This document shows positions 18,103 through 27,677 of a DNA stretch of 64,000 nt, piece by piece. Position 1 is the stretch's first letter. Each line of letters begins with the position of its first letter. Both the position numbers and the translations under genes were made by a program. The notes beneath the pieces were generated by a model. It saw nothing but the letters and a program-made list of their open reading frames with translations. It was not told the origin of the DNA and ran no database searches. The DNA comes from Elusimicrobiota bacterium (GTDB taxonomy: Bacteria; Elusimicrobiota; Elusimicrobia; Elusimicrobiales; UBA9959): the NCBI GenBank assembly GCA_012517285.1, contig JAAYVG010000005.1:6304-70303 (forward strand), in the 5' to 3' direction.

Positions 18103-20052
18103 ATGAAATGGTTGATTGTAATATACGGTATTAATTCGATATTTGCTCAGACTCTGATAATAAGAGAGATATCGTCAAGCTTCTATTCAAATGAGATATT
18201 TATTTCCCTTTCAATAGCTGGGTGGCTCTTTGCATCTATAATCGGCGTCTATATCTCCAAATTTTTTAATAGAGATGCTTTTATTAAGGCATATCACATA
18301 CTCTCACCCTATCTTATTCTTATACTCTTGCTAATTATAAAAATTATAAAGATTAAGACTTCACCACTCTCAGAAGATCAGGATTTTTTCTTTTCAGCGT
18401 TTATATCTTTTTTATCCTCACTTGTATTCAGCAGCCTTAACGGTATATATTATATACTTGTATCCGATAAATCACGAGACAAATATATCAAAACATATTT
18501 TTTTGATTCAGCGGGCTGTCTGCTTGGAGGGATACTTATATATCTTTTTATATCAGCTGTAAAAACAGAATATATAATAATATTCCTTACCTGTTTAAAT
18601 ATATTTTTTCTATCAAAATCACTAAAAAATTTTAGGTATATTCTATTGCTTTTTTTGATTCTTCCAACTATATTATTAACACAAAAAATATTAAAAGCAT
18701 CTTACGCTAACAAAGTGCTTATAGATTCATCTAACTCAGAGTTTTCACGTATAGATGTTTATAAAAATGCTGATAATATTTTTATTTATTCAAATTCTGA
18801 GCTTGCATATAGTGATGTTAAGGATATGTCTCTTGAAGCGGAAACGCATATCCCTGCTCTTTTTGTTTCTAAGATAGAAAAGGTAGGAGTCATTGGCTCA
18901 AATCTAAATATTGCCGATGAGCTTATGAAATATACAACATCTGTTTATATAATAGCTGATGATATAAAGCTGTATGATTATCAAAAAAAATATTTGAAGT
19001 TGAGCAGATATCCTTTTTTTTTAAAACCAGAAAAACTTTATGATGAAAATGGATTTGATCTTATCCTGATATCAAACAAATTTCCTGAAAGCATATATTC
19101 AAACAAGTTTTATTCATTTGAATTTTTTAGGACATTAAAAGAAACATTGAAACCTGATGGGGTTTTATCCATTACGCTTCCATATACGAATGCAATACCG
19201 AAGAAAGAGTTAAAAAAATCCATAAATATTCTTTTAAATACTCTTTCATCAGTGTTTAAAAATGTAAGGGCATTTTATGATGAGGATATAATTATACTAT
19301 CATCCAATTCTGATATCAAGGCAAGCGATAACTCTAAAATCATAAAAAATACAAAATTTTTAACAACTGGATATATTAATTATCTTTTATCAAGAGAGTT
19401 TCATTTTGAGTCTAATGCTGAAATAAATTTATCAGAAAAGCCATCGTTTTTTCTTAATACAACTCTATATGAACTCTCAAAGTTTTATCCTAATCTCACA
19501 TCTTTTCTTGTCGATAATATGAGATATGCAGGATATCTGTTTTATGGGCTAATAATTTTCTTATCAATCATTTTACGCAGTAAAAATAAGATATTCAGCA
19601 GTATGTTTATAGCTTCATTTATATCTATGTCTGTAGAAATCATATCGATATTTCTTTTTCAGATTAATTATGGATATATATACAGGGATGTGGTTGTGAT
19701 TGTGAGCTTGTTTATGATAGGGAGTGCTTGTGGAATCAAAGTCTTTCAAGAAGGAATCATAAAAAAAAGAATGGATAAATTCCTTTTTTTGATTCCAATA
19801 ACGCTAATATTTTTTAAAATAAGTTTTTATCTATATTTTGTAAATTTTATTGCTGCTCTGATAAATTCTCACACATATGCATTGTTTATAAAACATTCTG
19901 ATGTTGAACCACAAAAAATTTATATAACAGATATCATAGGTGGTTTGCTGGCCACATTAATTCTACCTGTATTTTTTATATCGGTTTACGGTGTAAAAAA
20001 TTCAATTTTAATGATATCAATTTTAAATCTGATTTCAATTATTAATTCGTAG
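18103..20052 (+). CDS. Membrane-bound spermidine-synthase-like protein (TM / methyltransferase-like / TM)
   Basis: Q.LIIRE...F.SNE N-terminal TM block, FDLIL..FYSFEFF..LKPDGVL domain, C-terminal TM block with GYIY and Y..D..GG. Confidence 0.7.
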   Translation: MKWLIVIYGINSIFAQTLIIREISSSFYSNEIFISLSIAGWLFASIIGVYISKFFNRDAFIKAYHILSPYLILILLLIIKIIKIKTSPLSEDQDFFFSAFISFLSSLVFSSLNGIYYILVSDKSRDKYIKTYFFDSAGCLLGGILIYLFISAVKTEYIIIFLTCLNIFFLSKSLKNFRYILLLFLILPTILLTQKILKASYANKVLIDSSNSEFSRIDVYKNADNIFIYSNSELAYSDVKDMSLEAETHIPALFVSKIEKVGVIGSNLNIADELMKYTTSVYIIADDIKLYDYQKKYLKLSRYPFFLKPEKLYDENGFDLILISNKFPESIYSNKFYSFEFFRTLKETLKPDGVLSITLPYTNAIPKKELKKSINILLNTLSSVFKNVRAFYDEDIIILSSNSDIKASDNSKIIKNTKFLTTGYINYLLSREFHFESNAEINLSEKPSFFLNTTLYELSKFYPNLTSFLVDNMRYAGYLFYGLIIFLSIILRSKNKIFSSMFIASFISMSVEIISIFLFQINYGYIYRDVVVIVSLFMIGSACGIKVFQEGIIKKRMDKFLFLIPITLIFFKISFYLYFVNFIAALINSHTYALFIKHSDVEPQKIYITDIIGGLLATLILPVFFISVYGVKNSILMISILNLISIINS

Positions 20053-21112
20053 ATTTTATATTTATTAATACAATTTCTGGCTTAGCTAAGAATCTTAATT
20101 GCGGTCCCCAAGTTCCTTCTCCAGAGCTCACATAAAGAAGAGAGTTTTTGTTTGCATATTCACCGCAGAAGTATTTATAACCCAAACGTGTTAATAGGTG
20201 AAATGGAAATATCTGACCACAGTGTGTATGGCCGCTCAACATCAGAAGTTCATATTTATCTGATATCTCTTTAAAATATAGTGGTTGGTGTGAAACAAAA
20301 ATATTAAAATAATCCTTTTTATAATTTTTGCCTATAAACTCAATAACCTTACTTTTATCCAGTTCTTCTGTTCTTATATCAGAAATCCCTATTATGTTTA
20401 TCCTGCCAAGCAGATCAGATCTGTCCTTCAATAGATCAAAGTTCAAATCTTTTACAATTGACTCTGTCCTTACTGCTCCGTAATAATACTCATGATTTCC
20501 AAGAACAAAAAAAACTGGAAACCTCAAATCTTTTAGCTTTTTGATATTTTTATCAAGAACAAATCCAGGATCAACAAAATCACCGCCTATGATGAGTGCA
20601 TCTGGATTTTCATTAGCTATTTTATCAATAACTCTTGAAAAAAGTTTGTTTTTATATGTTGAATCAAGGTGTATATCAGATATAAAGATTAATTTATAAT
20701 TTTTATCTACATATTTTGACTCAAAACTAAGTTTTGTAAAATCAGGAATAGTTACAGCATTATAAAATGATTTTATAAGTATTACAATAGAGGTAATAAA
20801 GGTTATCCAGAATACATTTTTGAACGGGAAGGGATGAATCTTCAATGTTATATTTGCTATTAAAATGAAAAATGAAAGTATAACAACATATCCCATCCAT
20901 ATATATCCTGTAGTTGAAAGAATTTCAAAAAAATTATTATTAAGTCTATGTCGTATAAAAAGCGTTAATAGACTTATTGTGCAGATTAGATAAACAGAAA
21001 TTATAGCAAAGGTTTTTTTAATGCCTGCTTTTGAAAAAAATGAGGCAATGTAGTAGTGTAGATAGAGATAAAAAAATATTAAAAGTATAAAAAGAAATAT
21101 AAATTTTTTCAT
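20042..21112 (-). CDS. Membrane-anchored metallophosphoesterase (YkuE/YaeI-like)
   Basis: SDIH, GGDFVD, GNHEYY, SHQP and SGHTHCGQ motifs; N-terminal TM helices. Confidence 0.92.
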   Translation of the reverse strand: MKKFIFLFILLIFFYLYLHYYIASFFSKAGIKKTFAIISVYLICTISLLTLFIRHRLNNNFFEILSTTGYIWMGYVVILSFFILIANITLKIHPFPFKNVFWITFITSIVILIKSFYNAVTIPDFTKLSFESKYVDKNYKLIFISDIHLDSTYKNKLFSRVIDKIANENPDALIIGGDFVDPGFVLDKNIKKLKDLRFPVFFVLGNHEYYYGAVRTESIVKDLNFDLLKDRSDLLGRINIIGISDIRTEELDKSKVIEFIGKNYKKDYFNIFVSHQPLYFKEISDKYELLMLSGHTHCGQIFPFHLLTRLGYKYFCGEYANKNSLLYVSSGEGTWGPQLRFLAKPEIVLINIKSTN

Positions 21113-21216
21113 AAATCACCGTTTAAAAAATTATCAAGACTTATCAGAATAAATAAATTTTACAATTTTTTGTTTATCTAACACCTGTTCAAGAATTAAA
21201 TTTTTTACCTGTTAAA

Positions 21217-22167
21217 TTACTTCATTTTTTTATATAGTTCTTTTTCCTGAGATGTTATGGCATCAGGGATATCTATTAAAATTTTTACATAAAGATCACC
21301 ACGTGTGCCATCATTTTTGTAGAGTCCTCTGTTTCTTATTCTTAGCTTTGTGTTGGTGTGAGTCATGGGAGGAATCTTTATTTTTATAAAACCACCATCA
21401 GGTGATGATATCTCAACATCATCACCGAGAGCTGCCTGACGTGGTGATATGAGTGTCTCAGTAATGATATCATAGTCTGAAACAGTAAATTTCTCATCCT
21501 GTATTATTTTTATTTTCAAATACAGATCACCTGTCCTGTTACCTGATTTAAGTCCTTGTCCTTTAAGCTTTATAACAGAACCATCTTTTATCCCTTTTGG
21601 GATATTAACCTTTATCTCTTTGACTTGATTGTTGTATCTGAGTGATAGCTTCTTTACAGAAGGATTTAATATCTCATAGAGCGTAAGCTGGAGCTCTGAT
21701 TCGATGTTTAGATCGTTCAAATTACCAAAGCTTTCAAACTCTTCATTTTCATCCAGCGAGGATCTAAATGTTTTCCTTCTGTCATCATTGTCAGTAGACG
21801 AAAAAAAATCAAAGCCTCCACCAAATATCGTTTTAAAAAAATCACTGAAATCATTAAAGTTTCCAGTTTTATATCTGTACTGTCCTGAGCCTGCATTGTT
21901 AAAATTAAACCCGTTCGGTGGTGGTGTAAATTCATCACCCTGCTGCCAGCCTGAACCCAAGTTATCATACATCTTTCTTTTATTGGAGTCGGATAAAACC
22001 TCATAGGCTTCATTTATCTCTTTAAACTTTGACTCTGCTTCCTTATTGCCATGGTTCCTATCAGGATGATATTTCATCGCTAACTTTCTGTATGCAGATT
22101 TTATCTCATTCTGAGAAGCATTTTTAGATACACCTAATATTTTATAATAATCTTTATATTCTGGCAT
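21217..22167 (-). CDS. Class B J-domain chaperone (CbpA/DnaJ-like, no zinc finger)
   Basis: [14 protein letters not shown]-rich linker, two DnaJ_C repeats (GDLY); no CxxCxGxG. Confidence 0.93.
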   Translation of the reverse strand: MPEYKDYYKILGVSKNASQNEIKSAYRKLAMKYHPDRNHGNKEAESKFKEINEAYEVLSDSNKRKMYDNLGSGWQQGDEFTPPPNGFNFNNAGSGQYRYKTGNFNDFSDFFKTIFGGGFDFFSSTDNDDRRKTFRSSLDENEEFESFGNLNDLNIESELQLTLYEILNPSVKKLSLRYNNQVKEIKVNIPKGIKDGSVIKLKGQGLKSGNRTGDLYLKIKIIQDEKFTVSDYDIITETLISPRQAALGDDVEISSPDGGFIKIKIPPMTHTNTKLRIRNRGLYKNDGTRGDLYVKILIDIPDAITSQEKELYKKMK

Positions 22168-22246
22168 ATTTCCTCCATCAAAGTGTCTGCATCAAAAAAA
22201 TATAATTAAAGTTATTTATTTGTTACATTCAGTTGAATTGCTGATA

Positions 22247-22435
22247 TTAGTTACTCTTTTCTGTATTCTTCTTATAAAAAAATAAAAATAATACAAGCGA
22301 TAACAGCAGATATCCGAGCAGTGCTCTCTCTATCCTATATTCCTTTGTTTTTATAAAAAAAGGAAGCAGTTTGCTAAGCAATGCAACAGCAACTATATTT
22401 GATATGAATATTATTAATTTTTTTCTATCGTTCAT
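22247..22435 (-). CDS. Small two-TM hypothetical protein
   Basis: 62-aa ORF with two hydrophobic segments, overlapping the upstream PAS gene stop. Confidence 0.55.
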   Translation of the reverse strand: MNDRKKLIIFISNIVAVALLSKLLPFFIKTKEYRIERALLGYLLLSLVLFLFFYKKNTEKSN

Positions 22436-22784
22436 GTTTAGATATTATACTTAAATCCTGAAATATAAGAGTATATCCTACAATGCTCTGATTGGTATCC
22501 TTTATCTGCATACTACTGTATCCTATTCTCAGTATAAACTCAGCATGGGTTATGTTCATCTCTCCCCTTCTTACTGTTTTATTTTCACTGATCATATCAT
22601 ATACAAGATCCTCAAACTCAGTATATTGATTTAATACATCTTTGTAATTTTTGTTAATAAGTTCTTCTCTATTTAAATGAAGAATTTTTTCTGCCATAGG
22701 ATTTAAATAGAGTATATTACCATCTACGTCAAAGCTTATTATCCCACTCTTCAAGTTTTCGAGAATCAGTTTATGTATATCCAT
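22425..22784 (-). CDS. Stand-alone PAS domain protein
   Basis: ILENLKSGIISFDVDGNILYLNPMAEKIL and GYTLIFQDLS PAS signatures; no output domain. Confidence 0.88.
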   Translation of the reverse strand: MDIHKLILENLKSGIISFDVDGNILYLNPMAEKILHLNREELINKNYKDVLNQYTEFEDLVYDMISENKTVRRGEMNITHAEFILRIGYSSMQIKDTNQSIVGYTLIFQDLSIISKHER

Positions 22785-22801
22785 AATTATATTCTATAAA
22801 A

Positions 22802-23434
22802 TTAAAACACAAGTTTAAGACCATCAAGTGTTATTTCTATCGCTATAGCAAAAAGTATAAATGCAGAAAGTTTTGAGATTATCTGTTGCTTTGAATAATC
22901 AAGCTTTTTAATTATTGCTGATGAGTATCTGTAAAATATATATATGCTTGCTGAAGCAAGAAATATACCAGCTATTATAGAGGCTATCTCATTTAGTGTT
23001 CTTATATCAAACGCAGGCTTTATCGGGCTAAGGCTTATTGTTATGGATATGCTCCCTGGTCCTGCTGTCAGCGGAAGTGTCATAGGATAGAATGCAGTCT
23101 TTTCATCTATTCTCATACACTCCCTTCGTTCTTCTTCAGAAATTTTTGGTTGATCATTGAGCATCTTCCATGCGGTGTTAAAAAGGAGTATCCCTCCTGC
23201 AATTTTGATCACTGGAACTGATATCCCAAATATTCCTAATATCCAGCTACCAATTATGAGTGATGATGTGAGAAGATAAAACGAATACTTGGCCACCATA
23301 TATGCTACCCTGTTCTGTCTCTTCTGTCCGAGCTCATAGGTGAGCTCATTAAATATTGGTGACATAGCCGGTGGATTGAGTATTGGAAATAGTGTTAAAA
23401 AGGTTAAAAAGGCTTTGCTTATGAATTCAAGCAT
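22802..23434 (-). CDS. MarC family membrane protein
   Basis: LNPP...PIF, IAGGILLF and P.TLPLTAGPGSI motifs. Confidence 0.93.
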   Translation of the reverse strand: MLEFISKAFLTFLTLFPILNPPAMSPIFNELTYELGQKRQNRVAYMVAKYSFYLLTSSLIIGSWILGIFGISVPVIKIAGGILLFNTAWKMLNDQPKISEEERRECMRIDEKTAFYPMTLPLTAGPGSISITISLSPIKPAFDIRTLNEIASIIAGIFLASASIYIFYRYSSAIIKKLDYSKQQIISKLSAFILFAIAIEITLDGLKLVF

Positions 23435-23981
23435 CTTTTGTTCCTTGCTTCAACACCTTTATCGGTGTAAATTTAATTCTTATGTTTTGAGCATTTACTA
23501 AAGCATTAAATGATGGGTTAGATGATTCCACCACAATGACTGTTTCTTTCTTTGAATGTGATTTCAACATCTCATCAAAATAAAAATTATCAAAGTATAA
23601 TATGCCACCTGAGTCTGCATCTATCAATTCTATCCTTCCAAATATAAATGATATGGAGTAAGATGTCCTGTTCTCCACTGATATATCAAATTTTATCCCT
23701 TCCTTGGTTGCTCCCTTTAAAATCTGAGAACTTATCAGAGATAGCCTTATTTCCTCTAAAGATGTTTTTTCAGATGCACTGCCAGTTTTTTCAAGAGCCT
23801 TTATTCTTTTTTCAAGAGAAATGATTTTTTTTTCAAGGTATGATAGTCTTTTTTCAATGGTGTTCTGGGTGTTTGTTCCTTTTTTCGTGGTTTTGAGATC
23901 AGCCGATGTAACAAAAAAAACAATAAAAAACAAAAAACTCAGATTCTTTAGTTTTTTTATCTTTCTAAACACTTCTTTCAT
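23427..23981 (-). CDS. Hypothetical exported protein with coiled coil
   Basis: Hydrophobic N-terminus, heptad repeat IEKRLSYLEKKIISLEKRIKALEK; overlaps the MarC start. Confidence 0.65.
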   Translation of the reverse strand: MKEVFRKIKKLKNLSFLFFIVFFVTSADLKTTKKGTNTQNTIEKRLSYLEKKIISLEKRIKALEKTGSASEKTSLEEIRLSLISSQILKGATKEGIKFDISVENRTSYSISFIFGRIELIDADSGGILYFDNFYFDEMLKSHSKKETVIVVESSNPSFNALVNAQNIRIKFTPIKVLKQGTKDA

Positions 23982-24153
23982 TTTTAATTTACATACATCT
24001 CAAAAAAAACTTTTTTATAACCTTTGCTCAGTCCAAGTATGTTTTTTAAAAATTTCTTATTAAATTTTTTTATTTCTCTTAAATATATTATTTTCATAAA
24101 TATATTTTAGCATTTTTATTTTTACATGTAATATTTTTGATAGAATTGTTTAT

Positions 24154-24858
24154 ATGAATAAAAAGAAATTTATATTGTTATTTCTTTTAGGAACTCTCTT
24201 ATCCTGTTCCAGTGTTAATGATAAACAGGTTATAGTCAGCGGAGATGAGCAAAGACTTGTTTATTATGTGGATATTAAAAATCCAATGTTCCTTAATTTT
24301 CCACCGCCTCCAGCAGCCGGTTCGGATGAAGAGAAAAGAGATTTTTTGATACTGCACGAATGGCAGGATAAAAGGACTGATAAAGACTGTGAGTTAGCAA
24401 ATGCTGAGTCGCATGCAGATTATGAAGAGCTTTTTGGTGATATATCGCCTTTTATCAATCCTGAGCCTGAGGATCTTAAAAAAACATTAAAAGATATAAA
24501 AAAAGAAACAGATTATATCGTTGGTATCGTAAAGGAAAGATATAACAGACCAAGGCCTTTTCATAAAGATGAGACTCTATCTCCATGCCTTGGAAAGATT
24601 GGAGGCCTTGCCTACCCAAGCGGCCATGCAACAATATCAAGGGTTTATGCAAACCTTTTATCAGATCTTGTCCCTGCGCGTTCAGATGAGTTCTTTAAGA
24701 GAGCTGATCTGGTAGCATTAAACAGGGTGATTGGTGGTGTCCATCACCCAACTGATATTGAGGCCGGTAAAAAACTTGGTGATATAATATATAATGAGTT
24801 TAAAAAGGATAAAAATTTTCAGCATAATTTAGTAAAACTTAGATCCTACCTGAAATAA
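24154..24858 (+). CDS. PAP2-family (class A) acid phosphatase, lipoprotein
   Basis: K....RPRP, YPSGH and R..GGVHHPTD motifs; lipobox LLSC. Confidence 0.92.
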   Translation: MNKKKFILLFLLGTLLSCSSVNDKQVIVSGDEQRLVYYVDIKNPMFLNFPPPPAAGSDEEKRDFLILHEWQDKRTDKDCELANAESHADYEELFGDISPFINPEPEDLKKTLKDIKKETDYIVGIVKERYNRPRPFHKDETLSPCLGKIGGLAYPSGHATISRVYANLLSDLVPARSDEFFKRADLVALNRVIGGVHHPTDIEAGKKLGDIIYNEFKKDKNFQHNLVKLRSYLK

Positions 24859-25131
24859 GGGTCGCTGAAAAACTGCAGGTTAAGGTTAAGATTAAGGTTA
24901 AGAGAAAACCACAAATCTCCACCGAACCCGAACCTGAAGTAACCTACGCGGTTACTTTTGGTTCTTCCCAAATAACTAGACAACCAAACAACTAAATAAC
25001 CAATTTGTTCTTCCTAAACAACTAAATAACCAGATAACCAATTTATCTGTCTTCATCTGATGTCTTATCCGTTTACATCCTGATGAATCTGTTTACATCC
25101 TGATGATTAAATAACTAATTTGTCAGCCAGT
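24858..25131. repeat. Intergenic repeat mosaic (TIR-like end, hexamers, REP-like hairpin, octamers, ~20-mers)
   Basis: AGGGTCGCTGAAAAACT (24858-24874), GGTTAA/GATTAA x4 (24878-24902), AAGTAACC-TACGC-GGTTACTT (24937-24957), AAATAACT-type octamers, ATCYGTYTWCATCnnGATG units. Confidence 0.9.
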
Positions 25132-25154
25132 CAAAAATTGATAGAATTATATAT

Positions 25155-26351
25155 ATGAGTATATATAGAAAGTTTAAGGAAGGACTTTCAAAGAATGTTC
25201 TTTTCCTCGGTATAGTCAGCGGATTAACTGATATATCAAGTGAGATGCTCTATCCTGTTATACCTGTTTTTTTGACAGCCATACTTAAAGCTAATATGGA
25301 GGTGGTTGGGCTCATAGAGGGTATTGCTGAGGCCACTGCGAGTATATTTAAGATATGGGGTGGATATCTGAGTGATAAATACAGGAAAAGAAAGCCATTT
25401 GTTGTATGTGGATATTCGCTTTCTGCAATATCAAAGCCTCTTATGGCTCTTGCTTCAAGCTGGTATTTTGTGCTTTTTGTAAGATTTATGGACAGGCTCG
25501 GCAAGGGTATAAGGACATCGCCGAGGGATGCACTCATAGCTGCATCATCCGACAACAAACACTGGGGAAAGGCATTTGGTTTTCACAGAGCCTTTGATAC
25601 ACTTGGTGCTGCCATAGGTCCTCTTGCAGCACTCCTGCTATTTCATTTTTTAGGGGAATCTGAAAGTTCTTACAGATATATCTTTTTAATAGCTTTTATC
25701 CCTGCGGTCCTAAGCATATTTATACTCCGCTATGTGAAGGATATAACATTAGCTGAGAATGTTAAAACGCAAAATAATGTATCAAAAAAAGTTCCACTAT
25801 CAAAGGAGTTTAAAATTTTTACTGTACTTTATTTTATATTTTCTATAGGAAATTCATCCGATGCTTTTTTAATACTTAAAACAAAGTCGCTTGGTTTTTC
25901 TATGACAGAGGTGATGCTTGTTTACTTCACTTATAATATAATTTATGCAATTATTTCAACACCTGCTGGAATGATAGCTGACCGAATAGGCAAGATAAAG
26001 ACATTTATTATTGGGCTTTTTATATTTTCTGCTGTTTATTTTGGATTTGGTATAAATCACAGCAGGTCTGTTGTATGGCTGCTGTTTGCACTTTATGCAT
26101 TTTATGCTGCATTGAATGAGGGAATATACAAGGCTGTTATCTCTCATCTTACAACCGATGAAAACAGGGGAGCTGCTATGGGTGTATTTCAAGGGATATC
26201 TGGGATAGCTGTTTTTGTTGCAAGCTTTTTAGCAGGTATACTCTGGAACAGAGTTTCAGATACTGCTCCATTTATCTTTGGTTCAGCAACTGCTTTTATA
26301 TCAGCAGTTTTAATATTTGTCTGGTCAAAGTGGAAGAGGATAGAGGTATGA
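25155..26351 (+). CDS. MFS transporter
   Basis: DISSEM, GYLSDKYRKRK motif A, DRLGKGIRTSPRDA and G.IADRIGK; about 12 TMs. Confidence 0.95.
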   Translation: MSIYRKFKEGLSKNVLFLGIVSGLTDISSEMLYPVIPVFLTAILKANMEVVGLIEGIAEATASIFKIWGGYLSDKYRKRKPFVVCGYSLSAISKPLMALASSWYFVLFVRFMDRLGKGIRTSPRDALIAASSDNKHWGKAFGFHRAFDTLGAAIGPLAALLLFHFLGESESSYRYIFLIAFIPAVLSIFILRYVKDITLAENVKTQNNVSKKVPLSKEFKIFTVLYFIFSIGNSSDAFLILKTKSLGFSMTEVMLVYFTYNIIYAIISTPAGMIADRIGKIKTFIIGLFIFSAVYFGFGINHSRSVVWLLFALYAFYAALNEGIYKAVISHLTTDENRGAAMGVFQGISGIAVFVASFLAGILWNRVSDTAPFIFGSATAFISAVLIFVWSKWKRIEV

Positions 26352-26352
26352 T

Positions 26353-27639
26353 ATGAATCTCCTTGATGAAATATTAAAAAATGAGGTTTATCCAGCGCTT
26401 GGATGCACAGAACCAATCTCAGTAGCTTATGCCTGTGCAGAGGCTTCCAGAATTATAAAGAAAATTGATTTTAAGACATTAAAGGTTGTTGTTAATATGG
26501 ATCCGGGTACATATAAAAATGGTTATGGTGTTAATCTTCCAAACCTGAACGGTGAAAAGGGTAATATGATAGCAGCAGCTCTTGGAGTTGTTATAAAAAA
26601 ACCAGAGCTTAAATATAAAATTTTTTCAGAGGCTGATAAAGAAAGCTTAAAACTTGCTAAAAGGCTTCTAACAGAGAAAAGAATATTACTTAATGTTGAC
26701 TACACCAAGAAAGAGATATATGTTGAGGCCATAATAAGCGATAAAAATAATACTGCAAGCTGTATTCTTAACAGAGCTCACTTTGACGTTTCTTTTATGT
26801 CATTGAACGGAAAAATTATTAAATCAAAGAATGTCATAAAAGAAAAGCAGAGTGATTACAAGGAAATAATAAAGAATTTGAGCCTTAAAGAGTTAGTTTC
26901 ACTTGCAAACTCTGCTAACAGAAGGCAGCTTGGATATATAGAAACTGGAATAGAGATGAATCTTAAGGCATCAGATGAAGGACTTAAGCTTAAAAAGATA
27001 GGATATAATCTTAAAAATATGATTGCAAGAGGACTCTGTAACGATATAAATAATGAGGCAAAATATATCACATCAGCAGCCACTGATGCAAGAATGGGTG
27101 GTATGGCATGTCCTATTATGTCAAGTGGTCAGAGTGGTAACCAAGGAGTTGTTGCAATACTTGTTCCATACATTTATGGTAAGAGAAATAGGATTGATGA
27201 TACGAGAGTTCTTAAAAGCATAGCCCTTGCTCATATAATAAACTCTTATATAAAATCATATACAGGAGAGCTTGCACCAGTGTGTGGATGTGCGATATCA
27301 AGCGGTGCAGGAGCAAGTGCTGCAGTAGTCTATCAAACATATCCTGATGATATAGAAAAAATAGGTGGAGCGGTTAATAATGTTCTTGCTGATATAGGTG
27401 GTATGATCTGCGACGGAGCCAAAGAAAGCTGTTCATTGAAGGTCATATCCTCAGTTGATTGTGCTCTTAGATCAGCTTTTCTTTCAATAAATGGTCTAAG
27501 GGTTGAGTCATCAAATGGATTTATAGGTAAAACAGCAGAGGAGACTATAAAAAATGTTGCCAGACTTTCTATAATAGGAATGTCATCGGTGGATTCTATA
27601 ATAATAGAGACGATGAAAAATAAAGATATTTATTTTTAA
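26353..27639 (+). CDS. UPF0597 / YhaM-CyuA family Fe-S protein (L-cysteine desulfidase / serine dehydratase alpha-like)
   Basis: PALGCTEP, DARMGG, SGNQG, CGC and GMICDGAKESC motifs. Confidence 0.9.
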   Translation: MNLLDEILKNEVYPALGCTEPISVAYACAEASRIIKKIDFKTLKVVVNMDPGTYKNGYGVNLPNLNGEKGNMIAAALGVVIKKPELKYKIFSEADKESLKLAKRLLTEKRILLNVDYTKKEIYVEAIISDKNNTASCILNRAHFDVSFMSLNGKIIKSKNVIKEKQSDYKEIIKNLSLKELVSLANSANRRQLGYIETGIEMNLKASDEGLKLKKIGYNLKNMIARGLCNDINNEAKYITSAATDARMGGMACPIMSSGQSGNQGVVAILVPYIYGKRNRIDDTRVLKSIALAHIINSYIKSYTGELAPVCGCAISSGAGASAAVVYQTYPDDIEKIGGAVNNVLADIGGMICDGAKESCSLKVISSVDCALRSAFLSINGLRVESSNGFIGKTAEETIKNVARLSIIGMSSVDSIIIETMKNKDIYF

Positions 27640-27677
27640 GAACAGTAAAAAAATTTCAATTTATAAAAGGAAGTTAT

